DNA of 64,000 bases from Trichoplax adhaerens (taxonomy: Eukaryota > Animalia > Placozoa), in NCBI RefSeq assembly GCF_000150275.1, contig NW_002060956.1, positions 1,827,353 to 1,891,352 of the forward strand. Reading direction: 5' to 3'. The position numbers and the translations under genes are program-made. The notes beneath the pieces were generated by a model. The model saw only the letters and a list, made by a program, of their open reading frames with translations, did not search any database and was not told the origin of the DNA. Positions 50,331-63,744 of the stretch are shown here, one piece after another (position 1 is the stretch's first letter; each line of letters begins with the position of its first letter).

Positions 50331-53300
50331 GGAAAACGTCGACACCAAGTCACTCATATTAATTATAAATAACGACAATAACGTATCCTGCATGTTCAGA
50401 TACAAAATTTTTACGATATTAAATTACTAGCTGGTCTGCTACAACTACTATAGCCACATGTAAAATCTATTATTGAATTATGTTTAGCATAGTTTTATAT
50501 ACGTACGATTATTAACTTTACTGCACCTAAAATATAATAGTATAATAGTCCAGTTAATGTTCTTAAATCTATTACTAATTTAAAATTATCTTCAACAGGC
50601 CAAATCCATCATGATTTAGATATCATAAAATCAAATACTTTCCTTTTGGCTCTTTCATCCGCCTTCATCTTTAATTCCCATTAGAACTTGTACTCCTAAT
50701 GACACACAGCACAAAACACGGTAAGCGTATATTAAAGAATCATTTAAAAATTTTTAAATTTGTCCTTTGTAGCAATGACTCTTATACCTCATCGCTAGTC
50801 AGCTAATCTAATGGAGGTATATTGTGTTGTTATATTGGATATTAGTAATTCTAAAAATTAACGGAGTGTAACAGAGTACGGACTCCGTAAATTAATCGTA
50901 GCGTTAGTTTTAGTAATTAAGATTTTATTAGTTTGTTAATGACCTTTATTTATTATGCACTCGTTAATTGTAATTTTATTAGTAGTCTAGTCGTACTTGT
51001 TTTAGACTCTGTACAGAATAGTGTACTTGCAGAGGTGACAACTAATATTCACACATAGCAATTTCTGTTACTTTGTTGCGAGCCTTTGATTGTTAATTGG
51101 CTCTTAATTAGTCTGGCGCTCTCATTAGCTAGTTAGTCGATGATTGACCGTGTAGTTAGAGTAGTATTGGATGTCAAGACTACCTTGGTTTAATAAACTA
51201 ATTTAAAAGCCTAAGTCTAGTCTACTCTTAGCCCGTTGGGGGCACATTTGGCTGTTGTAGCCTTAGTATTTATACAGATTCAAAGACCCAAGTTTCTAGT
51301 CGTGAGCTGAACACGAAACCGAGCAAAGTCAAAAAGTTTTCAATCGCGTTAAGTAATTAATAAAATGAAATATGCTTAATTTACTACACTCTATACTGTA
51401 TAAAGCTTTTAAAGCAATAATTTTAACAAATCCTGCAAATATAGATAAAAATGACGTGTATGCTGACATTTAAATTTACCAGAATAATTCTACAACTATC
51501 ATTTGACTACATTTTAATACTAAATTATTTTATAATTTGCACTTCAATTGAATTATAGAAATTAATACAGTATAATACTCAAATAAGGTTCAATCACATA
51601 ATTAGATAAAAGTAGTATAAAAATCTGTTCTTATAACATCATTAGTAGCTAGAATTTCAGTAATTCGTTAAAGTTTTACCCGAAATATTAATAATATTTT
51701 ATTGTCGCCTTTTGGATTCATAAGCTCAATGCTATCGCGATTAGAAATCACGTTAGCAAAGTTAAAACCAAAGCCATTTTTGTTGTTACTAGGGTCATTG
51801 AAATATTCTTAGCTATTTTCTTGAGTAATCTATTTGATTAATCTGTATTTAGGATTGCTATAATTAGATTTTAATTTCATCATCTACTTCTATTCTTGCA
51901 GTTATGAAGAAAATTGACTAATCAAAACATCTTGCATTGAAGATAGGGATGAACTTTGGCATATTTATTCTCAGGATATAGATGAATTCATTTTCGACTA
52001 AAATTTGTCTCATTAAACAGAATTTATTTTTCTAACTTTTTACTTTCAAATATTTTCGCTGCCATGAATTAATGGCATTGAACAGAATTAGAATATTCTG
52101 TACCAAAATTAATCTCTTACTGAGATCCAAGAGTCTAAAATCATATATTAACCGAAATTCTTAATTTGCCAATTTTCGGTCAAATCACATTTCACAATTC
52201 AGTCAACAACAATCATGCTATAAACGTGTTCTTAAATTTCATCACACTGTTATAAAGGAACCCTGCCGATAAGTATCTTAAATTACGATTCAATTTATCA
52301 TTTACTGTTGATACATAACAATTTTAGAAGTATAAACATAAATCTTCTTTAGGTCTGAAAACAAAAATAGCATTCATATATTATCAAACTATATAATACT
52401 AAACAGCTATAGTCATTTACACTCTCATTATTGTGTTATTGGAATCAAATCATTTTAATTCTTACAATATTAAATCATCAAAACTACCAGCCAAGTTACA
52501 ATAAATGGATGTTAAAGCTCTAGATGGATATGAAAGAATAAAGAATATTATAATGGTCTTATGATGACCTTCGTAGCTGAACCTAGAAATAGGGTCTATT
52601 AAATACTACGGACCTATTTTTTAAAGCAAACTGGGATGTAGGTGCTGCATAATTTCAACATACAGGAGGTTAGGCAAAATAAAATCTTTCCAATTTAGAA
52701 AATAACCTATGAAAGACGTTTATAGAATATAGCTATAAATAATACGTGCAAGAAAGTTTTATTCTTAGATTGGCTTCCGCAAACATTTTATTGAAATGTA
52801 AATGATATATTTTGAAATTTGAAGACCGAATTAAACCCTGCATTTAAGTACTTATCATTCTTCATCATATATTGCTGTATCATATTGTTACCATATCACT
52901 TACTAAAGTGGACGCATTATGTATTTATATTTACCAATCTCATGCATATATAAAACAACAATTAATCAATAATTTAATAGCTCCCTTTTAGTATATCAGT
53001 AATAGCACTACTCTCATAATAAAATGTATAAATTTTGTTTTAATGGAATTCTATCCCTTGATTAAAGATTTAATTATGATACTGATTTTACTGTTACGGT
53101 AAATATGATCGACCATTTCTATCCTAATTTGATTGATAATCAATACCTACTAAACAAGTGCGGGATAATACAAATGAAAGATGCCCATAGTATTAAAACT
53201 ATTTGTCTGCGCGTATAATTGATGACTGATTTACAATTAAGATATACGACTATTATTATGTCTTTGTGTGATACAAAACAGCAATTTTTCGTAGCAGCAT

Positions 53301-56265
53301 AAGCACATACGCATTGGGAATATTTTTTTTGCGCAACACTTGTATATTAGTAAATTGTCCATTGTAGCTTTCAGTAGTAATGATTTGGTTACAGTGTACA
53401 AATTTTAGTGCAATTTTTAACTATCATTTTAAGCTTATTGGTGATTAATATTTCGGATCACATTAATTACTCTTTTAACTAATCCGTTTAAATATATTTC
53501 ACACGAATACAAACTCATTACTGCATCACCGTAAGCAACCTATTCATGCCTGCTGCCACAACCAATACCTATTATTTATTAACATTAATTGTATGTATAG
53601 GCGCTGTAGTTGCACGAAATTATAGTCAGAACGTATAAAAGCGAGTAATTTTTCATACTAAAATGAGTTCGTTAATCAATTGTTTGCGCATAAAGAGACG
53701 ATCTATATTGTTTCTATCGTAAAACTTAAGAAAGAAATTTATAGTTGTGACAGAGAAGTGATCATAATAAGCTGTTTGAGATAGGAGAAGATCTAGAAAT
53801 ATCTCCGATTTATCTTTATCACAATGTCTAATTACTATCCAAGCATAAACTGACGTCATTGCAGCTGGAAGTCAAAATAGTCATTTTAAATGACTATTAT
53901 TGCATTACAGAGCAGAAACTTGTGAACAACGTGTGTTTGCAAGGATTACAAATTTGTAACATATTTACCTTAAACTGCGTAAAAGGTATTAAAGGTTAAG
54001 GCTGGTGTTAAAGTTTCCCTTGAAATTTTACTCTATCATGTCTATTCTGTTCTAATTGTGTGTTGAATACTTTTTGCTTATACATTAAAAATACGTTTAA
54101 GTACTAAAATCAATTTTTACTTAATTGTTTATGATAATCAAAAATTTCTAAAGCATTATCGGGGTTAATAGAACCCAAACATTTTATTAACGGGTCAATT
54201 AAGCTGTATAAATATTTTTTAAAATGAAGTAAATCTTTTTATTTGTGTCTGTATTATGAGCGATAGACTTATTTCTTTACTAAAATAGCACCAGTACGAT
54301 GCCGTATGAAATTAACATTAGTCTTTCCTTATCTGCAATAGCAATAGAGCCATAACTTGCGTATACATAGTTTTTGTTACAGCGGATAATAATCCGTCTA
54401 TACCACATATAACTTACGTGCAATAATTGCACATGATTGTAAATTTGGAAATAAGATCATTTCCGGCACCATATTATCTAGAATTGATACCAGAAATTAC
54501 TTTCAGAGCCCCACTGATAGATTTCAGATGCTACTCTATCCATATCTACAATCAGAATTAGTACAGGTACCTTTTTGGTGTAAATTTTAATAGCCGATAA
54601 ACTTAGATGAAGAAGTACTCTATGTTTCATTTGCTCAGTCTTGATTTATATTCGGTTATCCGCCATCAGAATCAAGGCACTCATACTTTTATGCTACAAA
54701 GTTTAGAACATTGCTGTCTTTTCAGTCTGTCTTAAATTATTTCTATCCTTGACAGAGCAATGTAACCATTAAGCAATCGCTATTACCAGCTCAATCTTAG
54801 ATATTGAAGATAACTAATATTAGGGTAATCTCTTCTATAATATGAATCTCTTTATATTGTAGATTCTCACGCTAAAGCATGCATACGTCTCGAGTATGAA
54901 GGAATCACACCATTTCTAGTATATTTTGAAGAATGAACGTTAAACAGTCATACGACAACAGGATAAACAACATTTAAATTGATCGTAAGTTAAAAACGAC
55001 TTTAAGATAATATTCGAACAAAAAGAAATAATTTTAGCTTTATGACGGAACTGAACCTTAATTGCATAAGTGGTCTAGTTAGAGCTATAGCAACAAATTT
55101 TTATTTATTAATATGTTGAAAATTTAACGTTGCGCAATACTTCCTATTAATCATTACTCTCATGAACCAGGCATATTTGGCTAACGCTTAATTGATGTTG
55201 CCTTTTCTGGATAAATAAATATTATACTTGTAAATAATGCGATTCAAATGACCAGGTAATAATAAAAACAAATTTAAAAAAGTCTGTACGCTTCTTTTTT
55301 ATTCAAATAATATTTATTTTTTAATGGCAGTAATTTGCAATTTCTAAGTTGAAATAATGCATGTATGAGCTTAATCACAATAAGCCTAGTAAATTAAAAA
55401 AATGTGACATCTATTTCATTTCCATAAATACAATACTTTAAGCAATTCGTGTCTTTTATGAATTGATCTATAAATTATGGGAACTAATTTAAAGGTTACG
55501 GAACATAATAGAATGATAACTAGTTTCTTAACAAATAATCGAATGCATATATAAGTTCGTATCCTAAGTTACATCCAAGATGATAAACTTTGACTATCTA
55601 CAAAATTGCATTATTTGAAATGCTGCAATGGAGCAGTAATGTGTAATCAATCTTTCAAGCTCCGATAAGTAATTTCAATAGCATAACTGTTTGTAAGTCA
55701 GGTGATATTTTTCGTGCATTCAATTCTTATATTTAGATGCAATTTAATCTTGAATTTATCTAGTTTTCCCTGCTTTCGCGACCAAATTCATTCGCATTTG
55801 TGTGAAATCATTAGAATAGGCATTATATAATCAATTTGAACTTATTTCAAGAAACGTAGAACAACTACAAATTGTCTCTAGATTATTGTATGAAGATCTC
55901 CCATAATTATAAAGCTTCGCTCATTAATAATAACGTATGATAAATATTTTTAAATCGCCTTTTGAAAATTTATTTCTATGGATAAATATAATAAGTAGTT
56001 TGATTGCTGAATAGAAAATCTTTTATCTTTAATAATTGATTTTGTTTTATGAAATTTCACTAATTGTATTCTATTGCCTACAATATCTAAGAAAATAGCA
56101 AAAAAGTTGGTCTCGCCTTCTTGTAAACCAGCACGCCTAGATTCCCATCTTTATATTTCACAGGAATACTAAAGTACATTTTGTTTAGTAAGTCGAAATT
56201 GAGTAGATCTTCGTATATTAATCTAGTTCCAGTAATTGATTCCAGCCGCCTATCAAATTTCAATC

Positions 56266-57183
56266 ATGTTCTATTCCCTACTACAAGGCAATGAAACATC
56301 TAGAATATTGGGATGGATAATAGGAATAGTTGGTTTATTGGCCAATTCTAGTCTTCTTCTGTATCATTTTAAACGTAAATTGTTTAAATCATCCAAAACT
56401 AATCATCACAAAATTATTACATCAAAGTCACGCTCTATTACCAAATTTTTAATTCGTCAGTTAGCCCTAGCTGACTTACTTGGTTCCCTTTATGTTATTA
56501 TTATCAGTTCAGCCGATAGTTATTATGGTTATCGTTACCCTGAAACAGTCATATTCCCGCACAGTAAAGCAAGGTTAAATTTATTTAAAAGCCGGATTGT
56601 GATATCTGTTTGCTGGTTAACTTGTTGTGCATTTGGTCTTATTCCAACAATACGAGGAATAATATCAGCTCCGTACTTTGCACAAAGTTTCAATTGGCGC
56701 CTAAACATTTGCATGTATACTGACATAGTAAAAACCATTTTAACTATTTTCTTTAAAACTAGGGCTGCAATATACTATGGTTGCTGTAGCTTAATTGCAT
56801 TGATTTATGTTGCCATCATCATCTATGTTAGAAGTAAACGACGCAGAATTGCATCCGGAATGAATCAAATTGAACGACGTATCTTCATAGTCATGATGAT
56901 CATCACAGCTGTAAATGTTTGCAGCTTGCTCCCTTCAACAATTATATATGGGATGCCTTATAATATCAGACAGCTCCCTCATATTGTTTATGCAACGTCT
57001 ATCACAATTATATTTACCTTTTCTAACGCTGCTATCAATCCGTTCATTTACATATTTTTATCATCCTCACGAAAGCGTTATATTCTATGCTGTGGAAATT
57101 CTTCTAAAGTAGCTGTTAAGAATGTTGTCGCTGTTAGTGAAAACAAACCTAAATCAACAGAAGTTGCAGTGTTTTCCAGGTAG
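56266..57183 (+). CDS. GPCR 6: open ORF (305 aa from the ATG at 56266) with an in-frame deletion of most of ECL1 and all of TM3 including DRF
   Basis: MFYSLLQGNE start as in GPCR 2. QLALADLLGSLYVIIISSADSYYGYRYPE is joined directly to TVIFPHSK. TM4-TM7 and NPFIY are intact. It may be a young pseudogene. Confidence 0.8.
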   Translation: MFYSLLQGNETSRILGWIIGIVGLLANSSLLLYHFKRKLFKSSKTNHHKIITSKSRSITKFLIRQLALADLLGSLYVIIISSADSYYGYRYPETVIFPHSKARLNLFKSRIVISVCWLTCCAFGLIPTIRGIISAPYFAQSFNWRLNICMYTDIVKTILTIFFKTRAAIYYGCCSLIALIYVAIIIYVRSKRRRIASGMNQIERRIFIVMMIITAVNVCSLLPSTIIYGMPYNIRQLPHIVYATSITIIFTFSNAAINPFIYIFLSSSRKRYILCCGNSSKVAVKNVVAVSENKPKSTEVAVFSR

Positions 57184-57879
57184 CAGCCGCAGAATTGTAA
57201 GATGAAATTCCTGAAATTACTAAATACTGCTATACTCGTATGGTAGGTTTTACCTTATTCTCATTCTACTCTTTTCTATTCATTTTAACCAGCATAAAAT
57301 GAACTTGAACCACCTAATTAGCAATACTTAAAATTACTAAACAAACATGGTACCAAGATATTGATGAAAGTTGACCGATTGACAGTTATAACATTTGTCA
57401 AAAACGATCAATTTATCCGTTGTATTCACTTGAAAATATCGTGTTATATCTAAATTAATATCCAAAATGTAATTTTTTCTTCTAGATATCAACTGAACGT
57501 ACTTTAACTGATATCACATACTTCTCGATTGAATATTTAGGCTATAAGCTTATACCCTGTAAATTACTATTCATTCCTGTAACTAAATTTTTAATTACCA
57601 AATCTGTTACATTAACCTCTATTCTACTAACATTTCGTAGTAAACTTAATACCTTTAGAAATCAATGAATTCGACAAAATTGTGAAATTTTAATGAAAGC
57701 AGTGTTCACACGACAGTACAATTATGTTACAATTAAAAGGAAAAAAAAAATGGATGCGAATAAGTAGGAAGTATTTTCTGATCATATCGATTTTCTCATG
57801 CCAATGTAGCATAAATTGATAGCCATTTACTTAAGGCTATGATAGATTTAGTTCATAGGATGGATTTACAATAGCTAAT

Positions 57880-58990
57880 TAATACGAAATCACTCGGAAG
57901 CGAACTATTTCGGAATACAGAAATAACAATCGTACAAATGCTTTAATTGCTATGCAGGTACTGTAATCTATGGCAAACAGTAGAATACTAGCTAAACTTT
58001 GGTTAACAGCATCATATACTAAGAAATGCAACTTGATTCTAATTACTAAATTTATTGTCCTGACATGCCTAAATATAGCCCATAAGAATATATAAGGTTT
58101 TAGAAAGAATTTTCCATTTACATTTATCACTCGTTAGTAAAATGATTGTAGGATCCAATAAAAATAAGAAAAGATCTGCTTTACAGATGAGTAAATGAAA
58201 TGAAATGCCAATTGCATTTAGACGGTTAGAAAATTTAAAGTCCTAAGCTCTCTACCGATCGGATAAATCTTATCCTAAGACAGACAACAACAGAAGATAC
58301 AGTGTTTAAGTAAACAATGTGAATCGCAACTTAAGTCAGAAATGACCATTTGGATGTGGAATAAAAATGAAGTGATTTTGAAATATAAATAATTGCACCA
58401 CTGTTTAGGTAGCCGGTAAGCAATGACAGTTCCAGGTTTCCTACAAAAATAGAATGATCAATTCTTGCCTTTAAACAACAGCAATTGATTACTAATTGCC
58501 ATTTCCTGTCATTTCTATTTCAAAATACTCTGCTAGAAATTTCTGACATGATGAACCTTCAGAAATTGAAGGGGTATAATTATGGAACACCAAATAATTA
58601 ATTCTTAGATTTATTACTTTTAAATATTCTTTTGGACGAAAGAATCTTTTCCAGCTTGAGCGCTAAAATGGAAAATAGAATATTCAATCTAAATTCTCAT
58701 AGCAATCCTTTAAGAGTACTACAGTATATTTTAAATACAAAAATATTTCAATTAACTTCAAAACCATCATGCCTACAGTAATTACCCAATTCCATTTACA
58801 GTATACTGAATGGTTAGAAAATAATGGACTTTTATGATCAACATCCGTGAAGAAGCCACAGGAGTTGCGAAAATATGAGCATAATATCGTTAAGGTTGCA
58901 ATAGTGTTTGCTATATTTGCTAGTAAAAATGCAAATTTAGTGATAGCGTGGCAAAGTATCCGTGTCCGTTTTTTTAATTTTGACAAAAAT
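57880..58990 (-). pseudogene. Decayed opposite-strand GPCR remnant
   Basis: In TM order: AITKFAFLLANIANTIATL (cf. SITKFLIRQLALADLLGSL), YCKWNWVITVGMMVL (TM3-like), YIFLWAIFRHVRT (cf. IYVAIIIYVRS, TM5), LHFLVYDAVNQSL (cf. IVMMIITAVNVCSL, TM6). Confidence 0.4.
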
Positions 58991-59932
58991 CAATTGCCTA
59001 AAGTTTTAAATCATAGTGTCAAGGTGATTCGTATATTATAGATATATTATAATGTAATTTGTCTAGTTCCGATAAATTACTAAAGTCTTCCTTTACTATA
59101 CATCTTTAACACATTAACCGCAACATAGTTTTCATCAGATAGTTTAGCCCTAATATTGCGCTACTCATTTATCCGTTCTTGTGCATATTCAAGTATAATT
59201 ATGCTCACATACAGTAAATAATCGATATTTATCTACCCGAAGCATATTTTAGTCAATACTTCGCTTAAGAAGTTTTAATCTAGTGAAAACCCATGGTTGC
59301 TAAGGATTTTTGACGTTAGAACATCGTCAAGAGTTTTTGAATGGCGCGGTAGGCAAATGGCAAGGAGAGTAAGCCAAGCCAAGCCATAGGCTCGAAATTT
59401 TAGATTTTGGTTGCAAAATTTAGATTGTAATGTCTTCTAATTTTCTGTAAATCAATCATTATAATGCAAGACTTAATCAACAAACTGAAGTAGTTCAACT
59501 TTTACAAGTTTATGATATCTAAAGCATATGATGTTATTTTTCGAAAGAGGTTTTAATCGGTTACGGTATCAACGGTATAATCTATACTAGTTTTGCAGTA
59601 TGGTATAATAGCTACAATATCTGTATTTAGTACATTTGGTATTAACCGTAAAATAGCTATTGATTTAATCAAATAAAGATTAAATGTTCATTTTTTTCGG
59701 ATTTAAATCAGTTGAAGCTTACAAATTGTCCGGTACCACAATAATTTGTTATTATATATGAGTACAAGTACTTTTATGACTATACAGTATACGGATTGCC
59801 CTAATCGTTTATTTTAAATTTTTTACTTAATTAATGACAACATTTTCGACGCAAGAAACTTTTCAAATATTGGTAAGACTAGACGATTTGCTTTATGCGT
59901 ATCTATAACAAACTCAAAGATAGGAACTAACA

Positions 59933-61100
59933 TGCATAGTAAAGGACAGAAAGCAGAGTCCTTTATAGCTATTAGTATATAGCTATTATTACTTTACTAT
60001 AGAAAATACCTAGAAAGTGATAGTATCTTTAAGTTTTACCCTGCCTAATCATCATGTCGCCATCTTTACTTCTTCATTATTTTACGAAGTGTTGTATAAA
60101 TTACTATAGAAATAACCTAGGAGCAAACGCCTAATCTGAAGAAAGGGCCTTTGATAGTCTATTGGGGATTGTAAATGAATTTGACTTAGTAACAAAGCCC
60201 TATCCATCCAGAAAAGGGACTTATAACATGAGAGTAAAGTACTGTAATGTAGGTTATAATCATACAGTTACCGTATAACTTCATACTAAAACATCAAGTG
60301 TCAAAAGTAATATCAGAAAAGTAGTCATCGTTGTCATGTAAAATCTTTTGATAAATGAATATGTGATCTTTATAAAATTCGGATTTTTCGGAATCAGATT
60401 CCGGAACCGGTCATATCTGTGTCCTATATAATTTCTGGATTTTAATTTTTGGAAAATATTGCAAGAGTTAATTTTTGAAATTTGAACTATTCGTTGTTAA
60501 TTTGAAATTTGGGAATTTTATGACAAGACGTGAATGTTGCATTAGGAAAGTTTATTTGAGAAAATGGATAATAAGATGGCAAATGGCAGAAGTTGTGTTG
60601 ATTCTTAAGTAGTTAGACTGTTATTTTTATGACTAAATCTTAATGTTTAAAGATTAATTTTTAGACTTTTATAATGTATTAATGATTAGAAATTATATTG
60701 GAAGTGAAGATTGACGTATTTTATAGTTTGTTTGTTGGTTTTATAGTCTTTTGTAAGGGAATCATAATGTTAGTTATTTCTCAACTTTGAATGATTTTTG
60801 TTTTCTTAAGTGGTACAAAGCAGTTTTTTAAAATGAATCTTAAGAGCGATTAGTTAATAAATGTTTAGTTTTAAATACCACTGACAGCTCCGCGAAGTCT
60901 ATAAATGATAGTGCAATCAGAAAATTTAGAGAAGAGAGTAAAGAAGATTTTGAAGAACTTGTTGAATTCTAAAGGCCTTCTGGGTCGAATTCTTGCAGTA
61001 AAAATGTTCTTCTTTTTGTGTTGACCAGAGTGTAAAGAAAGCGGAATCAAAGTTTGTTACAAGTTTTGTAGCTTGATTTCTACACATTGCATTTCATAAC
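59933..61100 (+). mobile_element. Family B repeat, near-complete copy with a ~200-bp internal deletion near 61018
   Basis: Reverse-complement match to 38781-40235 (CTATAGAAAATACCTAGAAAGTGAT, ATCATCATGTCGCCATCTTT, AATTTGACTTAGTA) and direct match to 32525-33228. Confidence 0.85.
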
Positions 61101-63744
61101 ACATGACAATATTTACCTCTATTTAAGCCCTCCGTAGACACTTTTGAATCGTTACTTTTAAATTTAATCTACCAAAAATAGAAATTTAAACATTAAGGAC
61201 TGTACAATAAATACACAATACAAATTTCAACTTTACTTAAAGGTCACGAGTCTGTTTATTAGCAACATTACTTTCCAATAGTATTCCTAGTCCTTTTTAC
61301 CATTTTAAAAGATGTAATGTGATAGCTAATGACATTATTTTCAATTCAAGAAGTAATGATGCTTATTGGCGATAGAACCAGTTCTATTGCACTGTTTCTT
61401 CGAAACGGAAATTGTTTAATTGTATCGTTGACTTTTCGAACTGTAACTTAGCTATCTGAGGCTAATTTGTTAACTATAATGCCACACTTACGAATGAAAA
61501 TCGCTTCTGTATTGTACTAGCTAGGTGCTGAACTTCTTAGTAAAGTGACGTCGTAAAATGAAATAGTTGATCATTACATGACGCTATTATTTGCTGAAAT
61601 TAATTTGGCTTACATAGCGCGTAAAGAACGATTGATAACACAATTTAAGTTATCGATCTATTAATTTTAGTGGTAATAGCGTTCAAGTTTCGTTATTAAA
61701 TGTAGAAAAATATCTTTATAAATTAAAAGCTCTACTTGTATTATCAAATATTTACCATACTATTTTTACATAATTGAAGAAATAGTATTCATAATTTAAG
61801 TCAATGTACAATAGAGTCGATATTTATGAAAGTTAAAGCAGTGTCTGTGTAATGGTTTAAGATAGTGAATGTGATAATGAAATTGATTTAGAAATAGGCG
61901 GTTGTAAATATTATGGTAAAATTTTAATATTCAACCGATAATAGATTTCCGTTAACGATTGTGTAGATTTAGGTTAAGTGCTATGTAAAATACGTGTAGT
62001 AATCGAAATGGCGGTTGTCACACTTTTATACAATCTGTTAGGCACTGAGCGGATTTAAGTTGGCACATAATGTATTAATTAAGACATTATATGCCCTAGA
62101 ATAATTAATACTAGTGCAAACTCCCGTCGCTTTGCTGACGGTTTACGATAATGTGCTCATTTAACAGATAGTAATACCATTTGTCGTACTGTAGAACTGT
62201 CAGAGGTTCAGTAACTTTATACCGTGTACTAGTTTGGCACAAGTATATAGGGAAGCGCATTTGTACTTAAAAAGGGAGAAGAATAATTTAAACTGTGGGG
62301 TGGAACGACAGTTGGATAAAGATAGCTTTGTAATATTACCTAGTAAACTTCTAGACTGCTGGACTGACTGTTACTGTTGACTAAGGTCCTTCACTAAGTT
62401 AGTGAAAGTAGTGACGTTTGGTAGCAGATTTATAATACGGTAGAAGGTTTTACAGGTAATCATAAAAGAAGAATTCATTGTAACAAACGAAATTTATGGC
62501 AGTCTGTTATAATTTGAAATAATAATACAAATAATGATTTAATCAAATATATCCTTCACTCTGAAAACTTAATCCAATTTATAGCAATATTTACTTCTCT
62601 GCTCTTATTAAATAGATTAAACTCCCTAAATAAATTTTATCCAAGGAAAGTATATGAAACAGACCAACTACTACGAAATTTCTCTGTTACTTTTTACGTT
62701 ATCAATATAATTTAGGACTGAAATTCTTCAGCCATGGGCAAACGTACACTTGATAAAAGCGGTTATTTTCTGAATAACTTCAGTATTATATGCTTGTCAT
62801 TATCTAATAAGATACTAGAATCACTAGACAATTAATAATAGTTATCGTCGTAAAATGTAAAAATATAAATACAAATAATAATAATTATTGATTGTTTATA
62901 TGCAATCAATTTTCTCAGCGAAAGTTTTATTATCAATTATCCACAATAGAATGTAAAATATTAACTACCGTACCCAGCGACTGACAAATATAATATGACC
63001 TGTATCGTATTACCGGTAAAAATAACTAAAGCAGATCTGTAATATATTGTCAAATCACTCATTAATAAGCAATTCTGTCCTGCAATGTATAAATTATAAA
63101 TTAATTCATCAGCATAGAGTTAGCTATAGCTATCTGAGGGTCCTGAAAGGCAATTAGTTATCACCAATCGACAATAAAATATTGATTATTATTTATTAAA
63201 ATTTAATGAGTATATAAAGTAAATCAAAATAGAGTTCAACTCGATAGTAATTAACGAACAAATTTATTTATTGTCAAACTACGAAAGACTGTGAAGCTAG
63301 AAGTAGACTTTATTCTACTTTTCGTTGAGCCTGTACCTAGACGCAAATACATATACCGAGAAAGCAGCATCTATTTTGTAATTATTTTTAAACATATCTA
63401 AATAAGTTATTATAGCTGTATCCTAATTTTCTACAAGATCGACAGATGTACATATCATATCTATTAATTATTACTAATACTTTGAAAGATTAAAATGAAA
63501 TTGACCTGCAAAACAAACTAGTTACATAATAATAAGCGCCCATAATTTACGATTATCTAATTTAAATTTATAAGCAATAAATTTAATAAAAAATTTTAGT
63601 TTAACCTATGCAGCTTAATAAACGTCTACAATATCTATACAAATTTGTGTCATTGCATCAAATCACTTTTAAGAAGATCTAATAAGCGTCAAAATAAGTT
63701 AAAGTTAACAATTTTTTGCTCAATCCCGAATTGATTTGATGATT

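Noticed and set aside
50867-51320. GC-richer segment starting TGTAACA, a possible third solo-LTR family
   Set aside because: I found no matching terminal CA with a TSD and no second copy in the window.
35363-57112. Short ORFs overlapping GPCR genes (35363-35569, 49178-49438, 56535-56738, 56915-57112)
   Set aside because: Antisense or alternative-frame shadows of the receptor coding sequences.
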